Origin: Deltaproteobacteria bacterium
GTDB lineage: Bacteria > Myxococcota_A > Polyangia > Polyangiales > Houyiibacteriaceae
Length of the DNA: 64,000 bases
NCBI GenBank assembly: GCA_034670305.1
Contig: JAXMNT010000008.1
Location: 1-64,000 of the forward strand
Direction of reading: 5' to 3'
Shown: positions 32,237-44,512 of the stretch, piece after piece
Numbering within the stretch: the stretch's first letter is position 1
Layout: every line of letters begins with the position of its first letter
Program-made: the position numbers and the translations under genes
Notes under the pieces: model-generated
What the model was told of the DNA's origin: nothing
Database searches by the model: none
The model's input: only the letters and a program-made list of their open reading frames with translations

Positions 32237-33352
32237 ATGCACTTCCGGACCCTCTTCGTCCTCCTGCTCGCCGCGTGTTCCTCCGACCCGATGACTGGCG
32301 TCGACGCAGGCGGGACCGACGCCCCCGAAGCGACGGACGCGGCGGTCGATGCGGTCTCGGGCAGCGATTCGGGCCTCGACACGTCGGCGATCCGGGACGT
32401 GATGACGCGGGCGCTGCCCGAGGCGCCGGACGGCATCGAAGGGGTCACGCTGATCGTCTACGACGCGGACGACCGCCGGATCATCGAGGAGACGGTGGGC
32501 GATTTCGAGACCGATCGCCGGGTGCCGATCGCGAGCGCGTCCAAGCTCGTGACGGGGCTCGTGCTCCTCCGGCTCATGGAGGCTGGCACCCTCTCGATGA
32601 CCGACACCCCTCGCGGGGTGCTCGGCTGGAGCGCGACCAGTGCGGCGGATGCCACGCTCGACCACTTGGGCGGGTTCGTCTCGGGCATGCAGACCGAAGC
32701 GGTGTGTCTCCTCGACCCACGCCAGACGCTGCAGGACTGCGTCGCGACCTTGGACGCCGTGCCGACGCGCCACATGCCGGGCGTCGCGTTCGAGTACGGC
32801 TCGACGCACCAAGGCGTCGCGGCCGCGATGGCCGAGGTCGCGACGGGCGAGTCGTGGGCCACGCTCTTCGAACGCGAGCTCAAGACGCCGCTCGGGCTCA
32901 CGGACCCGGGCTTGCGCTACTACACGCTGCCGAAGGAACCGATCGGAGACGACAACCCGCTGGTCGCCGGCGGCATCACCGCAACGATGGACGAGTACGT
33001 GCCGATCCTCGCCCTGCTCTTTCACCGCGGCGAACGCGACGGCACCCAGCTCATCAGCCGCGCGGCGATCGACCGAATGGGCGTCAACGGGTACCCGGAC
33101 GCGACCATCGACCCCGCGCTCGCCAGGACGAACCTTCGGTACAGCTGGTCCTCGTGGATCAACTGCCCGGGCGCCGCGTCGCCCTGCGAGAACATCACGT
33201 CGCCGGGCGCATTCGGGTTCACCCCCTGGGTCGACCGGGACCGCGGCTACTACGCGATCCTCGGCATGGAGTCCGACGGCCTCGACGGCACTGGGTTCGG
33301 CGTACCGCTGATGGAGCTGTTGCGTCCGAGGATCGAAGCGCTGCTCGAGTAG
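32237..33352 (+). CDS. Serine hydrolase (beta-lactamase family) lipoprotein
   Basis: LLAAC lipobox, IASASK (SxxK), FEYGS and SPGAFG motifs. Confidence 0.9.
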   Translation: MHFRTLFVLLLAACSSDPMTGVDAGGTDAPEATDAAVDAVSGSDSGLDTSAIRDVMTRALPEAPDGIEGVTLIVYDADDRRIIEETVGDFETDRRVPIASASKLVTGLVLLRLMEAGTLSMTDTPRGVLGWSATSAADATLDHLGGFVSGMQTEAVCLLDPRQTLQDCVATLDAVPTRHMPGVAFEYGSTHQGVAAAMAEVATGESWATLFERELKTPLGLTDPGLRYYTLPKEPIGDDNPLVAGGITATMDEYVPILALLFHRGERDGTQLISRAAIDRMGVNGYPDATIDPALARTNLRYSWSSWINCPGAASPCENITSPGAFGFTPWVDRDRGYYAILGMESDGLDGTGFGVPLMELLRPRIEALLE

Positions 33353-33800
<448 letters not shown>

Positions 33801-33841
33801 TGAACCGCCAGACACCTGACGCACGACGCCCCCTACCCCCG

Positions 33842-34255
33842 TTATTGCCAGAGGGCGAGGACGAGGGAGATGCCGACGATCATCGCGGCTTGGCTGCCGA
33901 GCGCGATGGCGGCGACGCGCCAGCGTTTCAAGAACGCTTGGCCGGGCAAACCGGTGGCGACCGTGAAACCGATGATCACCAGGCCGGCGAGCATCAGGGC
34001 TTCGCCCACGCTGTCGACCGCGAGCCACTGCTGTACGACCGCGAGTGAGAGGACGAGCAGCACCGTGCACAGGAGCTGCACGCCGTACGTGTAGCCGGGC
34101 ACCTCCTTGGTGTGCTGCTTCTTGTCCGCGGCGCCGTACTCCTTGGCCCAGGGATCTCCGAAGAGGACGACGAACCAGACGGTCGAGATGACCTGGCCAG
34201 CGACGACGCTCGCCAACACGGCCCACCAGTTGATTTCGGACAGCTGTACTTCCAT
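33842..34255 (-). CDS. DUF1761-family membrane protein
   Basis: INWWAVLAS...WFVVLFGDPW and 4 TM. Confidence 0.85.
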   Translation of the reverse strand: MEVQLSEINWWAVLASVVAGQVISTVWFVVLFGDPWAKEYGAADKKQHTKEVPGYTYGVQLLCTVLLVLSLAVVQQWLAVDSVGEALMLAGLVIIGFTVATGLPGQAFLKRWRVAAIALGSQAAMIVGISLVLALWQ

Positions 34256-34341
34256 CGGATCGGCTCCTCTTCGTGGCCAGTTGCTGAGATGGAAGGTATG
34301 ATTGATGCTGTTTCGGGACAAGTGAGCATATGGCAACGGTG

Positions 34342-34362
34342 TTATTGCTAGGAACGCAATAA
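34342..34362. promoter_or_regulatory. LysR-type binding site
   Basis: TTATTGC-N7-GCAATAA inverted repeat between the divergent DUF1761 and LysR genes. Confidence 0.7.
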
Positions 34363-34364
34363 TA

Positions 34365-35252
34365 ATGAAGGTGGACCTTCTGGACGTCGTGGTGTTCGCG
34401 GCGGTGGTGCGGGGGCAAGGGTTCAGCGCTGCAGGGCGCGAGCTCGGGCTGCCTCCGTCCGCGGTCTCGCGGCGGGTGAAACGTTTGGAAGAGCGTCTCG
34501 GCGCGAAGCTGCTCCACCGCACCACCCGACGGGTCGGTCTCACCGCGGCCGGGCGCGCGTACTACGAACGCATCGGCCCGTTGCCGCGCATCCTCGAAGA
34601 AGCCGAGCGCGCGGTCCTCGACACCCAGGGCACCCCGAAGGGCACCCTGCGGATCGCCGCGCCACCGGAAGACGGCGGCGTGATCTGGGCCACGATTCGG
34701 AGCTTCGTGGCCAGCTTCCCCGAGGTCGATCTCGAGCTTCACCACGCGCTCACGTACATCGATCTCATCGAACAAGAGATCGACGTCGCCCTGCGGGGCG
34801 GCGCACCCCCGGATTCGCCCGATCTCGCGGCTCAGTTGCTCTGGGATTCGCGCATGGTGCTCGCCGCGAGCCCCGAGTACCTCGAACTGCGCGGCGTGCC
34901 GAAGTCCGTTCACGAGCTCAACGACCACGAGGGCATCTGCATGGACGGGTGGGCGCCGAACGCGCTTCGCCACGTGAACGGAGAGACCGGTCCCGTGAGA
35001 GTACAGATGCACAACCGCATCCGCGCCAACAGCCTCGAGACCGCACGCCTCGCGGCGCTCGATGGCATCGGCATCGCGCCGCTCCTGCTCTTGAGCTGCC
35101 AGGACGACCTCGACCGAGGCGCGCTGGTCGAAGTGCTTCGCGGCGCGCTGCCGATGTCCGCGAAGGGGTGGATCGTCTACCCGATCGGACGCGAACGATC
35201 CGCCGCTGCCCAAGCCTTCATCGACCACCTGGTGCAGCACCGAAACGTCTGA
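34365..35252 (+). CDS. LysR family regulator
   Basis: FSAAGRELGLPPSAVSRRVKRLEERLGAKLLHRTTR. Confidence 0.95.
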   Translation: MKVDLLDVVVFAAVVRGQGFSAAGRELGLPPSAVSRRVKRLEERLGAKLLHRTTRRVGLTAAGRAYYERIGPLPRILEEAERAVLDTQGTPKGTLRIAAPPEDGGVIWATIRSFVASFPEVDLELHHALTYIDLIEQEIDVALRGGAPPDSPDLAAQLLWDSRMVLAASPEYLELRGVPKSVHELNDHEGICMDGWAPNALRHVNGETGPVRVQMHNRIRANSLETARLAALDGIGIAPLLLLSCQDDLDRGALVEVLRGALPMSAKGWIVYPIGRERSAAAQAFIDHLVQHRNV

Positions 35253-35280
35253 CGGCGAAGGCCGAGCCGCAGCACCGGCC

Positions 35281-35504
35281 CCGGCGTCGGCGTCGGCACG
35301 GGCGTCGACATCGGCATGCATCGGCACAGGCGTCGGTATCGGCATGCATCGGCATCGGCTTCGGCATCGGCTTCGGCATCGGCTTCGGCATCGGCTTCGG
35401 CTTCGGCATCGGCTTCGGCATCGGCTTCGGCATCGGCTTCGGCATCGGCTTCGGCATCGGCTTCGGCATCGGCTTGCGCTTCGGCTTCGGCATCGGCATC
35501 GGCG
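35281..35504 (+). repeat. (TCGGCA/TCGGCT)n hexamer array with a degenerate left edge
   Basis: Degenerate units at 35281-35348, near-perfect units at 35349-35504. Confidence 0.95.
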
Positions 35505-35630
35505 TTAGGCCTCTGCCGAACTTGCCAGCACCTCGAGCACGAAGGGAATGCGATGCGTTGCGGGCTGACCAAGGAAGCGCTCTCGGCTCGAGACGTGGAG
35601 CTCATCTGCCGCGAGTTCGAAGCCGCGTAG
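35505..35630 (+). pseudogene. Orphan Cys-rich 3' gene fragment (LGLCRTCQH...CGLTKEALS...ICREF*), resembling the tail of some MarR regulators
   Basis: CxxC...C...C protein-like sequence that starts exactly where the repeat ends and has no own start upstream of the CxxC. Confidence 0.5.
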
Positions 35631-35634
35631 CAGG

Positions 35635-36339
35635 TCAGTCTGCGTCGGGTGCAAACCCAGAGAGCTCGCGGCGCACCTGCAGAGGAATGCCGCCGAGCAC
35701 CTGGGTGTGGGCGATCTTGCCGCGTACGAAGAGGGACCGGTCGACCATCGTGCGCACCGCCCGCTGCAGCTGCATCGCCGAGTCGGGTTCGCCGAGGGCA
35801 TCGAGCGCGGAGACGATCGCTTCGCCGGTCCCGAGGTGCTGGTCGGTGGGCGGTTGTCTGAGCACCCCGCTCGTGCGGGTCTTCGAGACCGAGAGTGAGA
35901 CCCGTTGTACATCGCACGCGTCATCGATGCGTCGCGCGATGCGGCTCGTCTGTCGCCAGGTGCCATCGGGCACGATCAGCAGAAGCGGTCGTCCGTCGCG
36001 CGGCACCTCGGAGATGGGCACCGCATCGGGCGAGGGATGCAGCAGCAAGGTCTGCTCGCTTGGATCCGCGGCCCAGCGGGTCTCGTCGAAGTCCGGAAGC
36101 TCTCCCTCCGGTCCTTCGATCGGTGCGCGGCCTTGCCAGCGTCCGTAGATGGTCAGTTCGCAGCGCGGCATCGTGCGCCACGCCACCCGGCCGGTGTTGC
36201 TCGGTTGCGGCCACTCGCGGATGTGCATCACGAGCAAGAGCCGAGTCGTGGTCTCGATGGTCGGCCACGTCGCACAGAGACAGAGCGGCACGTGCATGAG
36301 GCACCGCGCACACCGCGGGGACTGTCGACTGCGGGACAC
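35635..36339 (-). CDS. DTW-domain tRNA-uridine aminocarboxypropyltransferase
   Basis: RCARC...CLC, HIRE...SNTG and VPDGTWRQ motifs. Confidence 0.9.
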   Translation of the reverse strand: MSRSRQSPRCARCLMHVPLCLCATWPTIETTTRLLLVMHIREWPQPSNTGRVAWRTMPRCELTIYGRWQGRAPIEGPEGELPDFDETRWAADPSEQTLLLHPSPDAVPISEVPRDGRPLLLIVPDGTWRQTSRIARRIDDACDVQRVSLSVSKTRTSGVLRQPPTDQHLGTGEAIVSALDALGEPDSAMQLQRAVRTMVDRSLFVRGKIAHTQVLGGIPLQVRRELSGFAPDAD

Positions 36340-36353
36340 GGCCGGGCGTGGAC

Positions 36354-36908
36354 TCAGAGCGAGATGAGTTCGACGTCGAAGACCAGCATCCCGCTCGGCC
36401 GGTTGCCCATCGCTTCGTTGCCGTAGGCCAGCTCGGCCGGGATCCAGAACCGTCGGATCTCTCCTTCAACCATGAGCTGTACCCCTTCGGTCCATCCGGC
36501 GATCACGCGGTTGAGCGGGAACGTGGCGGGTTGGCCGCGCTGCCACGAGCTGTCGAAGAGGTTGCCGTCGAGGGTCCAGCCCGCGTAGTTCACCGTCACC
36601 GACGTGGTGGACTCGGGGTGTACGGTCCCGGTGCCGTGGCGCAAGACGTGCGACGCGAGCCCGCTCGGGGTGGTCTCCGCGTAAGGCGGCACTGCCGCGA
36701 CATCGACCGGCGTCTCATTCGGGTCGCGGGCATCGTCCCATTCCGGGCCCGCGGGTGCCGCGAGGTCCGCGACCGGTGCCGGGTCGCTGGGTGCCGCGTT
36801 CTCGGCACCGGTCGTGTCGCCCACCGGCGCGGGCGCCACCTCCGTGGACTCCGAAGACGAGGAAGCGCAGCCGAGGGCCAGCCAGAGGACGAGGAGAGAA
36901 GTTCGCAT
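36354..36908 (-). CDS. FKBP-type peptidyl-prolyl isomerase lipoprotein
   Basis: LALGC lipobox, FDSSWQRG, VIAGWTEG, IPAELAYG and LVFDVEL motifs. Confidence 0.95.
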   Translation of the reverse strand: MRTSLLVLWLALGCASSSSESTEVAPAPVGDTTGAENAAPSDPAPVADLAAPAGPEWDDARDPNETPVDVAAVPPYAETTPSGLASHVLRHGTGTVHPESTTSVTVNYAGWTLDGNLFDSSWQRGQPATFPLNRVIAGWTEGVQLMVEGEIRRFWIPAELAYGNEAMGNRPSGMLVFDVELISL

Positions 36909-36960
36909 CCCGGTTCGTAGCACGCGTTCGGTGGGCGGCCCGATCTGGTAGAACTGCGAC

Positions 36961-37473
36961 ATGCGAAGTTGGATGGTTCTCGCGCTCGTGGCGTGTGGTG
37001 GTTCGAACGAAGACGCGGTGCTCCAGCAGGAACTGGAGGCCGAAGCCGCGGCTGGCGACGAGGACACCGAAGGCGAGATCACCATGGCCGACCGGTACCG
37101 CGCCGCGGACAGCCGGGTCTTCGAGGCTTGCTACGACGATCTCGACCACCTCGACGAACGCCACCGAGAGCGGCGCTCGCTGCGGGTGCGCCGAATCTCG
37201 GAGAGCCGGGCACAGGCTTCGACACCGACCGGCTTGGAAGTCGAGCGCGCCAGCGACAGCGAAGACGCGCCGGACGAGTTGCCGAGCAACGTCGATGCCG
37301 CTGCAAACTACCACCCGGTCGAGCAGCAGCTCATCGCGCTCGAGAACGAACTCGACGACTTTCATGCGGCGCATCCGGACGTCGACGCGTGGTCGGACGC
37401 GGAGCTCGCACGCTACGAAGACCTCGCGGACGGACTGCATGCCCGCTGTACGGAGATGCGCAGCGCGGGGTAG
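36961..37473 (+). CDS. Hypothetical helical lipoprotein
   Basis: MRSWMVLALVAC N-terminus. Confidence 0.75.
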   Translation: MRSWMVLALVACGGSNEDAVLQQELEAEAAAGDEDTEGEITMADRYRAADSRVFEACYDDLDHLDERHRERRSLRVRRISESRAQASTPTGLEVERASDSEDAPDELPSNVDAAANYHPVEQQLIALENELDDFHAAHPDVDAWSDAELARYEDLADGLHARCTEMRSAG

Positions 37474-37484
37474 TTGGACGGGAG

Positions 37485-37698
<214 letters not shown>

Positions 37699-37726
37699 CC
37701 GCGACTCGCGCGGGCCTCGCAGCCGA

Positions 37727-38038
37727 CTACCGACTGAGCCGATACAGCATCGCGCAAACCTCATCGCAGCGTCGCTCGATCTCCTCGCCAACCTCCGCGT
37801 ACCCAAACAGCCGGACCAGTCGAAGCGCCGCTTTCAGTTCGCTCGCCTCACCATACGCGATGGAGAACCGGTCCACGCTCCGCTTCCCGCGAGCGTTCTT
37901 CGCCTCCGCGCAGTTCAGAACGACGGACTGAGCCGCCCGCCGCATCTGCTCCCCAAGCGAACGGTCCCGGCGAGAAACAGCCGCCAGCACCCCGCGCAAC
38001 TCACCAACGAGAACAAAAGAAGTTTCGAGAACAATCAT
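37727..38038 (-). CDS. Four-helix-bundle protein (23S rRNA IVP / bAvd-like family), 103 aa
   Basis: [22 protein letters not shown]...[16 protein letters not shown]...AMLYRL pattern, with GGAGG RBS upstream. Confidence 0.9.
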   Translation of the reverse strand: MIVLETSFVLVGELRGVLAAVSRRDRSLGEQMRRAAQSVVLNCAEAKNARGKRSVDRFSIAYGEASELKAALRLVRLFGYAEVGEEIERRCDEVCAMLYRLSR

Positions 38039-38065
38039 CAGAGCCTCCTCGCGCCTGGAAAGAGT

Positions 38066-38207
38066 GAGCAACGTTGCTCGGCGGCGCGGAGCGCCCCCGG
38101 TGGAGAGCGCAGGGCGGGTCAAGGGCGAAGCCAGCCTTCCGAAGGCTGGGGCCGAAGGCACCCTTGACGCGACCGAGCACTCCGCCACCATGAAATTGCC
38201 GCCGAGC
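38066..38207 (-). ncRNA. Candidate multi-stem structured leader RNA or element end upstream of the four-helix-bundle gene
   Basis: Nested complements 38076-85/38198-207, 38086-94/38177-85 and 38118-25/38161-68, with inner hairpins at 38131-49 and 38151-59 (UUCG on the minus strand). Confidence 0.5.
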
Positions 38208-38285
38208 CAAAGCCCACCCCGAGTAGGGTGTTCCCAAAATCCGAAGGATTGAAGGGAGCCGACTTTCCGAAGGAAGAGGCTACAA

Positions 38286-38525
38286 GCTGTTGCTGTTGCT
38301 GCTGCTGACTCTGCCGCTGTCTCTGCCGCTGTCTCTGCCGCTGCCGCTGCCGCTGCCGCTGGCCGCTGCCGCTGTCGCTGCCGCTGCCGCTGTCTCTGCC
38401 ACTGCCGCTGCCGCTGTCTCTGCCGCTGCCGCTGCCGCTGCCGCTGTCTCTGCCTGACTCCTGAAGGCGAGGCCGAATCCGAATCCGAATCCGAAATCCG
38501 AAATCCGAAGCGCCGAGTCCGAAGC
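38286..38525 (-). repeat. Bipartite array on the minus strand: (TCGGAT)n then (CAGCGG/CAGAGA/CAGCAA)n
   Basis: CCGAAT/CCGAAAT at 38472-38525 and GCTGCC/GCTGTC/GCTGTT at 38286-38455 on the + strand. Confidence 0.95.
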
Positions 38526-38544
38526 CGCAAAGCAAGCCGCTGGT

Positions 38545-39366
38545 TCAGCGAAGCAGCGCCGCGTACAGCGCGCGGTAGCCCGCCTCGTCCGGGCCGACGT
38601 GGGCTCCGGGGTAGCGCATGAGTTGGGTTGGAATGCCCGCGTCGACGATGCGCTGGTGGCTGCGCTGCATGCCCTCGACGCGGGCGCGCTGATCACCGGT
38701 GGCGATCGCGAAGAGGGCACGGCCGTCGCGGTCGCGCAGGGTGGTGAGGGTGTCGCCGCGCGGTCGGACGCTGCACCGGCTGCCCACCATGAGGGCGCCG
38801 CGAAACAAGTCGGGCCGGCGCATCAACATCGCCCAGCTGAGGTCGCCGCCGAGCGAGAAGCCGGAGACGAAGATGCGCTCGCGGTCGACCGGGAACTGCT
38901 CGATGGCCCGCTCGATGTCCGCTGCGAGTCGGGCCTCGTAGGCATCGAGGAACTCGCGAAAGTGCGGGAGGTAGTCGCCGCGCCCGGGGCGCCCTTGCGG
39001 CAGCAGCTGAACGTAGCCGGGGAGCTCGATCACCGACGCGACGCGCTCGTAGAACTCTTCGCCGGTGCCGTTGGTGGGCGGGAGGAAAATCAACAGAGGC
39101 ACCCGCTCGGTGCGCGCGACCGTTCCGTGCACCTGGATGCGTGCCGGTCGCTCGAGGAAACCTGGCCCGTCGTCCAGCACCGCGCCTTCGGGCAACGCCG
39201 CGGGCCACGAGGGCGACGCGGGCGGGTTGGCCATGGTGGTGGGATGAAGGATCGGCTCGGACGGTGAGTGGTGCGTCGGTGTGCGCGCCTCCTGCGAGTC
39301 GCCACCGCAGCCTGCGACCCATCCGATCAGCAGGGCGATCCCAACGAAACACCGTGTGGCACCCAT
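38545..39366 (-). CDS. Esterase/alpha-beta hydrolase lipoprotein
   Basis: VAGC lipobox, VDRERIFVSGFSLGG and YPGAH motifs. Confidence 0.88.
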   Translation of the reverse strand: MGATRCFVGIALLIGWVAGCGGDSQEARTPTHHSPSEPILHPTTMANPPASPSWPAALPEGAVLDDGPGFLERPARIQVHGTVARTERVPLLIFLPPTNGTGEEFYERVASVIELPGYVQLLPQGRPGRGDYLPHFREFLDAYEARLAADIERAIEQFPVDRERIFVSGFSLGGDLSWAMLMRRPDLFRGALMVGSRCSVRPRGDTLTTLRDRDGRALFAIATGDQRARVEGMQRSHQRIVDAGIPTQLMRYPGAHVGPDEAGYRALYAALLR

Positions 39367-39403
39367 GCGGGAATCGTAGCAGCCACTGGCTTGAGGCATG
39401 CCC

Positions 39404-40465
39404 TCAGGGATCGATGCGGTAGAAGCGGGCCGCGTTGTCGCGGAAGAGCGCGCGGCGATCCGACTGCGACCGGGTTGCGACCACCTCCTGAAACACGTCG
39501 ACCATCTGAGCGTAGCTCAGGGACGCCTTCTCCACGGGGAAGTTGCTGGCGAACGAACATCGGTCGACGCCGAACGTGTCGATCGCGAACTCGAGGAGTG
39601 GTGCGAACGCATCGACGACTTCTGCGGTGCCGGGTGGTGAGGCCCGGCCGCCGAAGTCGAACCCGCAGATGGGCATCGCGAGACCGGACAACTTGAGTTG
39701 AACGTTCGGACAAGCGGCGACCCGCTCCATCCCATCCCGCCACCGCGCCAACACGTTGCTTCGTTCACGCGGCGTCTGCCCGACGTCGCCGTACGGACCA
39801 CCGATGCCGACCGGGCCACCCATGTGGCAGAGCATGATCGGCTGCTCGGGATACGCGCGCGCCAGTGCTGCGATCTCGCCGAGCTGGGTGTCGTAGCAGA
39901 ACGCATCGAAGGAGAGCCCGAACTCCGAGAGGCACTCGAACCCGGCCCGCCATGCTGGGCTGGCGGAGCGCCCCGGCTGTGCGTTGAAGTCCATCACGTC
40001 CCGGCTCGCATGCCACGCGAGCATGTCGCGAATGCCGCGGACGCGCGGGCTGGCATCGAGGTGCGCCTGCAGCACGGGTCGAACGTCGCGGCCGAGCGAG
40101 AGGTCCGCGTGCGCCACGATGGCTTCGACCCGTCCCCGGCCGGACGCGCGCAGCGACTCCACCCAGCGCGTCTCCCCGACCGGACCGAGCGGGCCCTTCT
40201 CTTCCCAGGACGCTTCGACGTACACCAGACCGGCGACAGGATGGTGGCCACAGTCGGCGTCGAAGTCGGCCGGCAGGTAGTTCTTCGTGGCGTGTTCAGG
40301 CGTGCGGAAGAACCGAATGGCTTCCTTCGGAAACGCGTACTTCGCCGCGAAGTTCATCACGCGCGGCGCGGACCCGAGGAGCTTCACCAGCGGCGTCACC
40401 AGCCGCGGGTTGTTCCTCGGATCCCACAGATGCACATGCGGATCGATCATCCACGGGTCGGACAT
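39404..40465 (-). CDS. Amidohydrolase-2 family protein
   Basis: IDPHVHLWD, LCHMGGP, KLSGL and FASNFPV motifs. Confidence 0.92.
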   Translation of the reverse strand: MSDPWMIDPHVHLWDPRNNPRLVTPLVKLLGSAPRVMNFAAKYAFPKEAIRFFRTPEHATKNYLPADFDADCGHHPVAGLVYVEASWEEKGPLGPVGETRWVESLRASGRGRVEAIVAHADLSLGRDVRPVLQAHLDASPRVRGIRDMLAWHASRDVMDFNAQPGRSASPAWRAGFECLSEFGLSFDAFCYDTQLGEIAALARAYPEQPIMLCHMGGPVGIGGPYGDVGQTPRERSNVLARWRDGMERVAACPNVQLKLSGLAMPICGFDFGGRASPPGTAEVVDAFAPLLEFAIDTFGVDRCSFASNFPVEKASLSYAQMVDVFQEVVATRSQSDRRALFRDNAARFYRIDP

Positions 40466-40560
40466 GCCGCGAGGGTAGCCCACGGATGCGGCTGAACGGG
40501 GGACAGGGTCGACCCTCGAGGGTGTGGCCCCCGACTCCGACATGTGGCACTGCCGCGCGC

Positions 40561-40971
40561 ATGAAAACACGCGTCAGCGCCTACGGACTCGCTGTCTCGG
40601 ACGAGCGCATTCTACTGACCCAACTCGCAGATTTTTGTTACCGACCCCGCCACTGGACGTTGCCGGGCGGGGGGATGAAGCATGGCGAGCTTCCAGAAGA
40701 CACGCTGGTTCGCGAATTTCACGAAGAGACGAGCCTCGAGGCCGGGGACCTCGACTTGTTTCACGTGCACGCCTTCTCCGAGAATGAGCGTGGGCTCTTC
40801 ATGGGCGTTCAGGTCGTGTATCGGGTCAGCGCGTCGGGGGAACCACGCGTCGTCGAAGTGGGTGGGAGCACCGCGGACGTGGCCTGGGTGCCCTTTGTCG
40901 ACCTCCGAAAACTCGACCGCGTTCCAGGGCTCGATGTGGTCCTCGAAAAGCTGGGGATCTCGTTGGTGTGA
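40561..40971 (+). CDS. NUDIX hydrolase
   Basis: WTLPGGGMKHGELPEDTLVREFHEET Nudix box. Confidence 0.92.
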   Translation: MKTRVSAYGLAVSDERILLTQLADFCYRPRHWTLPGGGMKHGELPEDTLVREFHEETSLEAGDLDLFHVHAFSENERGLFMGVQVVYRVSASGEPRVVEVGGSTADVAWVPFVDLRKLDRVPGLDVVLEKLGISLV

Positions 40972-41032
40972 GGGGCGCACCGCCGAGCCGCCAGGCAAGC
41001 ACAGTCCACCGATTCCCGGCCTGCTGAGCCAG

Positions 41033-41299
41033 CAGGCTGCTGAAGAACCCGCAGGGCGTTCTCGCAGCCTGCCCCTTGCCTCTGCCCTTGCCCGCGGATC
41101 AGCGGTCAGATCGCTTGATCACCGCGACGAGCATCGCGACCTCGAGGTAGGCGAGAGCCCGTTCGATATCGGGCCTCGATGCCTCGGCCCGACGGTCCGA
41201 TTCGCGGCCTCGCCGTCGCGAAACACACGGCGTCCACGACGCGGGCAAGGGCAACGGCAAGGGCAACGGCAAGGGAGCAGGTCGCTTTTCAGCGACCTG
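41033..41299 (-). mobile_element. MITE-like element (copy 2, 267 bp) with imperfect terminal inverted repeats, inverted GGGCAA tracts and a four-helix-bundle-like gene remnant
   Basis: CCAG|CAGGCTGCTGAA...TTCAGCGACCTG|CTAG. CCCTTG tract at 41071-41093 and GGGCAA tract at 41243-41275. Homologous to 1-121. Confidence 0.65.
41099..41173 (-). pseudogene. Remnant reading PDIERALAYLEVAMLVAVIKRSDR*
   Basis: Resembles the last helix of four-helix-bundle proteins (compare [19 protein letters not shown]). No intact 5' part is present. Confidence 0.5.

Positions 41300-41301
<2 letters not shown>
41276..41301 (-). terminator. Hairpin at the icd stop codon formed by the element end
   Basis: AGCAGGTCGCT-TTTC-AGCGACCTGCT. 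Confidence 0.5.
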
Positions 41302-43567
<2,266 letters not shown>

Positions 43568-43688
43568 TCACGCACGACACCACGGCGCAAAAGCCTTCCG
43601 CCGACGATTGCGCCCTTCGCCCACCCAGAGGATCCTTTCGGCTCGGCCGAGTCCTCCCTGCGACGCGGGCCGCCAGTTGAAGGACGTC

Positions 43689-44393
43689 GTGAAGGACTCA
43701 GAGCACACCTTGCGAATCGACCCGATCCATTCCGAGCGGGTCACGCTCGCCGACGGTTCCGAGATCGTCCTGCAGAGCGTGACCCCCGCTGCGCGCGAGT
43801 CGCTGAAGAAGGGCTTCGAGCGCATGTCGCCGGACTCCCGGTACCTTCGTTTCTTCTCCGCCCGCCCGAGCCTCAGCGATGCGGAGTTGACCTACCTGAC
43901 GGAGGTCGACGGCATCGACCACGTGGCGATCGGCGCGCTTCGCGAGACCGAAGCAGGGGTCGAGGGCGTGGGGATCGCCCGCTTCGTGCGCGACCCGGAT
44001 GCACCGACCTGCGCGGAACCCGCCGTCGCGGTCATCGATGCAGAGCAGGGCCGGGGCATCGGAGGCATCCTGCTCGACCGGCTCATCGCAGCCGCCGTCG
44101 AACGGGGCATCACCCACTTCAGCGCCCCCGTCCTGGCGGACAACGCCACCATGAAGAACCTCCTGGGCAGCTACGCGGGCGTGCGCTGGACGGATGGGGA
44201 CGAACCGGGCGTTCGAGTGGCGCACGTGCCGCTGCGCCCCGGATTGCCGGAAGCCGAAGCCCCACCGACGGCCGCCCGGCCCAGTGCGCTGCTCAAGTCG
44301 CTCGGGTTCGCGGCCGGCAAAGTCGTCGAGTTCCCCATCGGGCGGGCCCTGTGGTCCGCGTTCACCGACGACGAGGGCGCGGACGAGGCCTAG
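43689..44393 (+). CDS. GNAT acetyltransferase
   Basis: SPDSRYLRFFS, VDGIDHVA and QGRGIG motifs. Confidence 0.88.
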   Translation: MKDSEHTLRIDPIHSERVTLADGSEIVLQSVTPAARESLKKGFERMSPDSRYLRFFSARPSLSDAELTYLTEVDGIDHVAIGALRETEAGVEGVGIARFVRDPDAPTCAEPAVAVIDAEQGRGIGGILLDRLIAAAVERGITHFSAPVLADNATMKNLLGSYAGVRWTDGDEPGVRVAHVPLRPGLPEAEAPPTAARPSALLKSLGFAAGKVVEFPIGRALWSAFTDDEGADEA

Positions 44394-44512
44394 CCCCGCC
44401 GTTCCGGGTCCGCTGAAAACGCGACCGATCGCGCGGAACGACCATGGATCGGGACCGCCATGGAAATATCGCTGTGACGAACGGCCCGTCTCGTGTCAGG
44501 AAGGGCCCCGTC

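Noticed and set aside
38066-38207. tRNA or known riboswitch
   Set aside because: No T-loop/D-loop consensus, CCA end or recognisable aptamer core.
37727-38280. Complete diversity-generating retroelement
   Set aside because: An Avd-like gene is present, but no reverse transcriptase or adenine-variant TR/VR pair was seen in the window.
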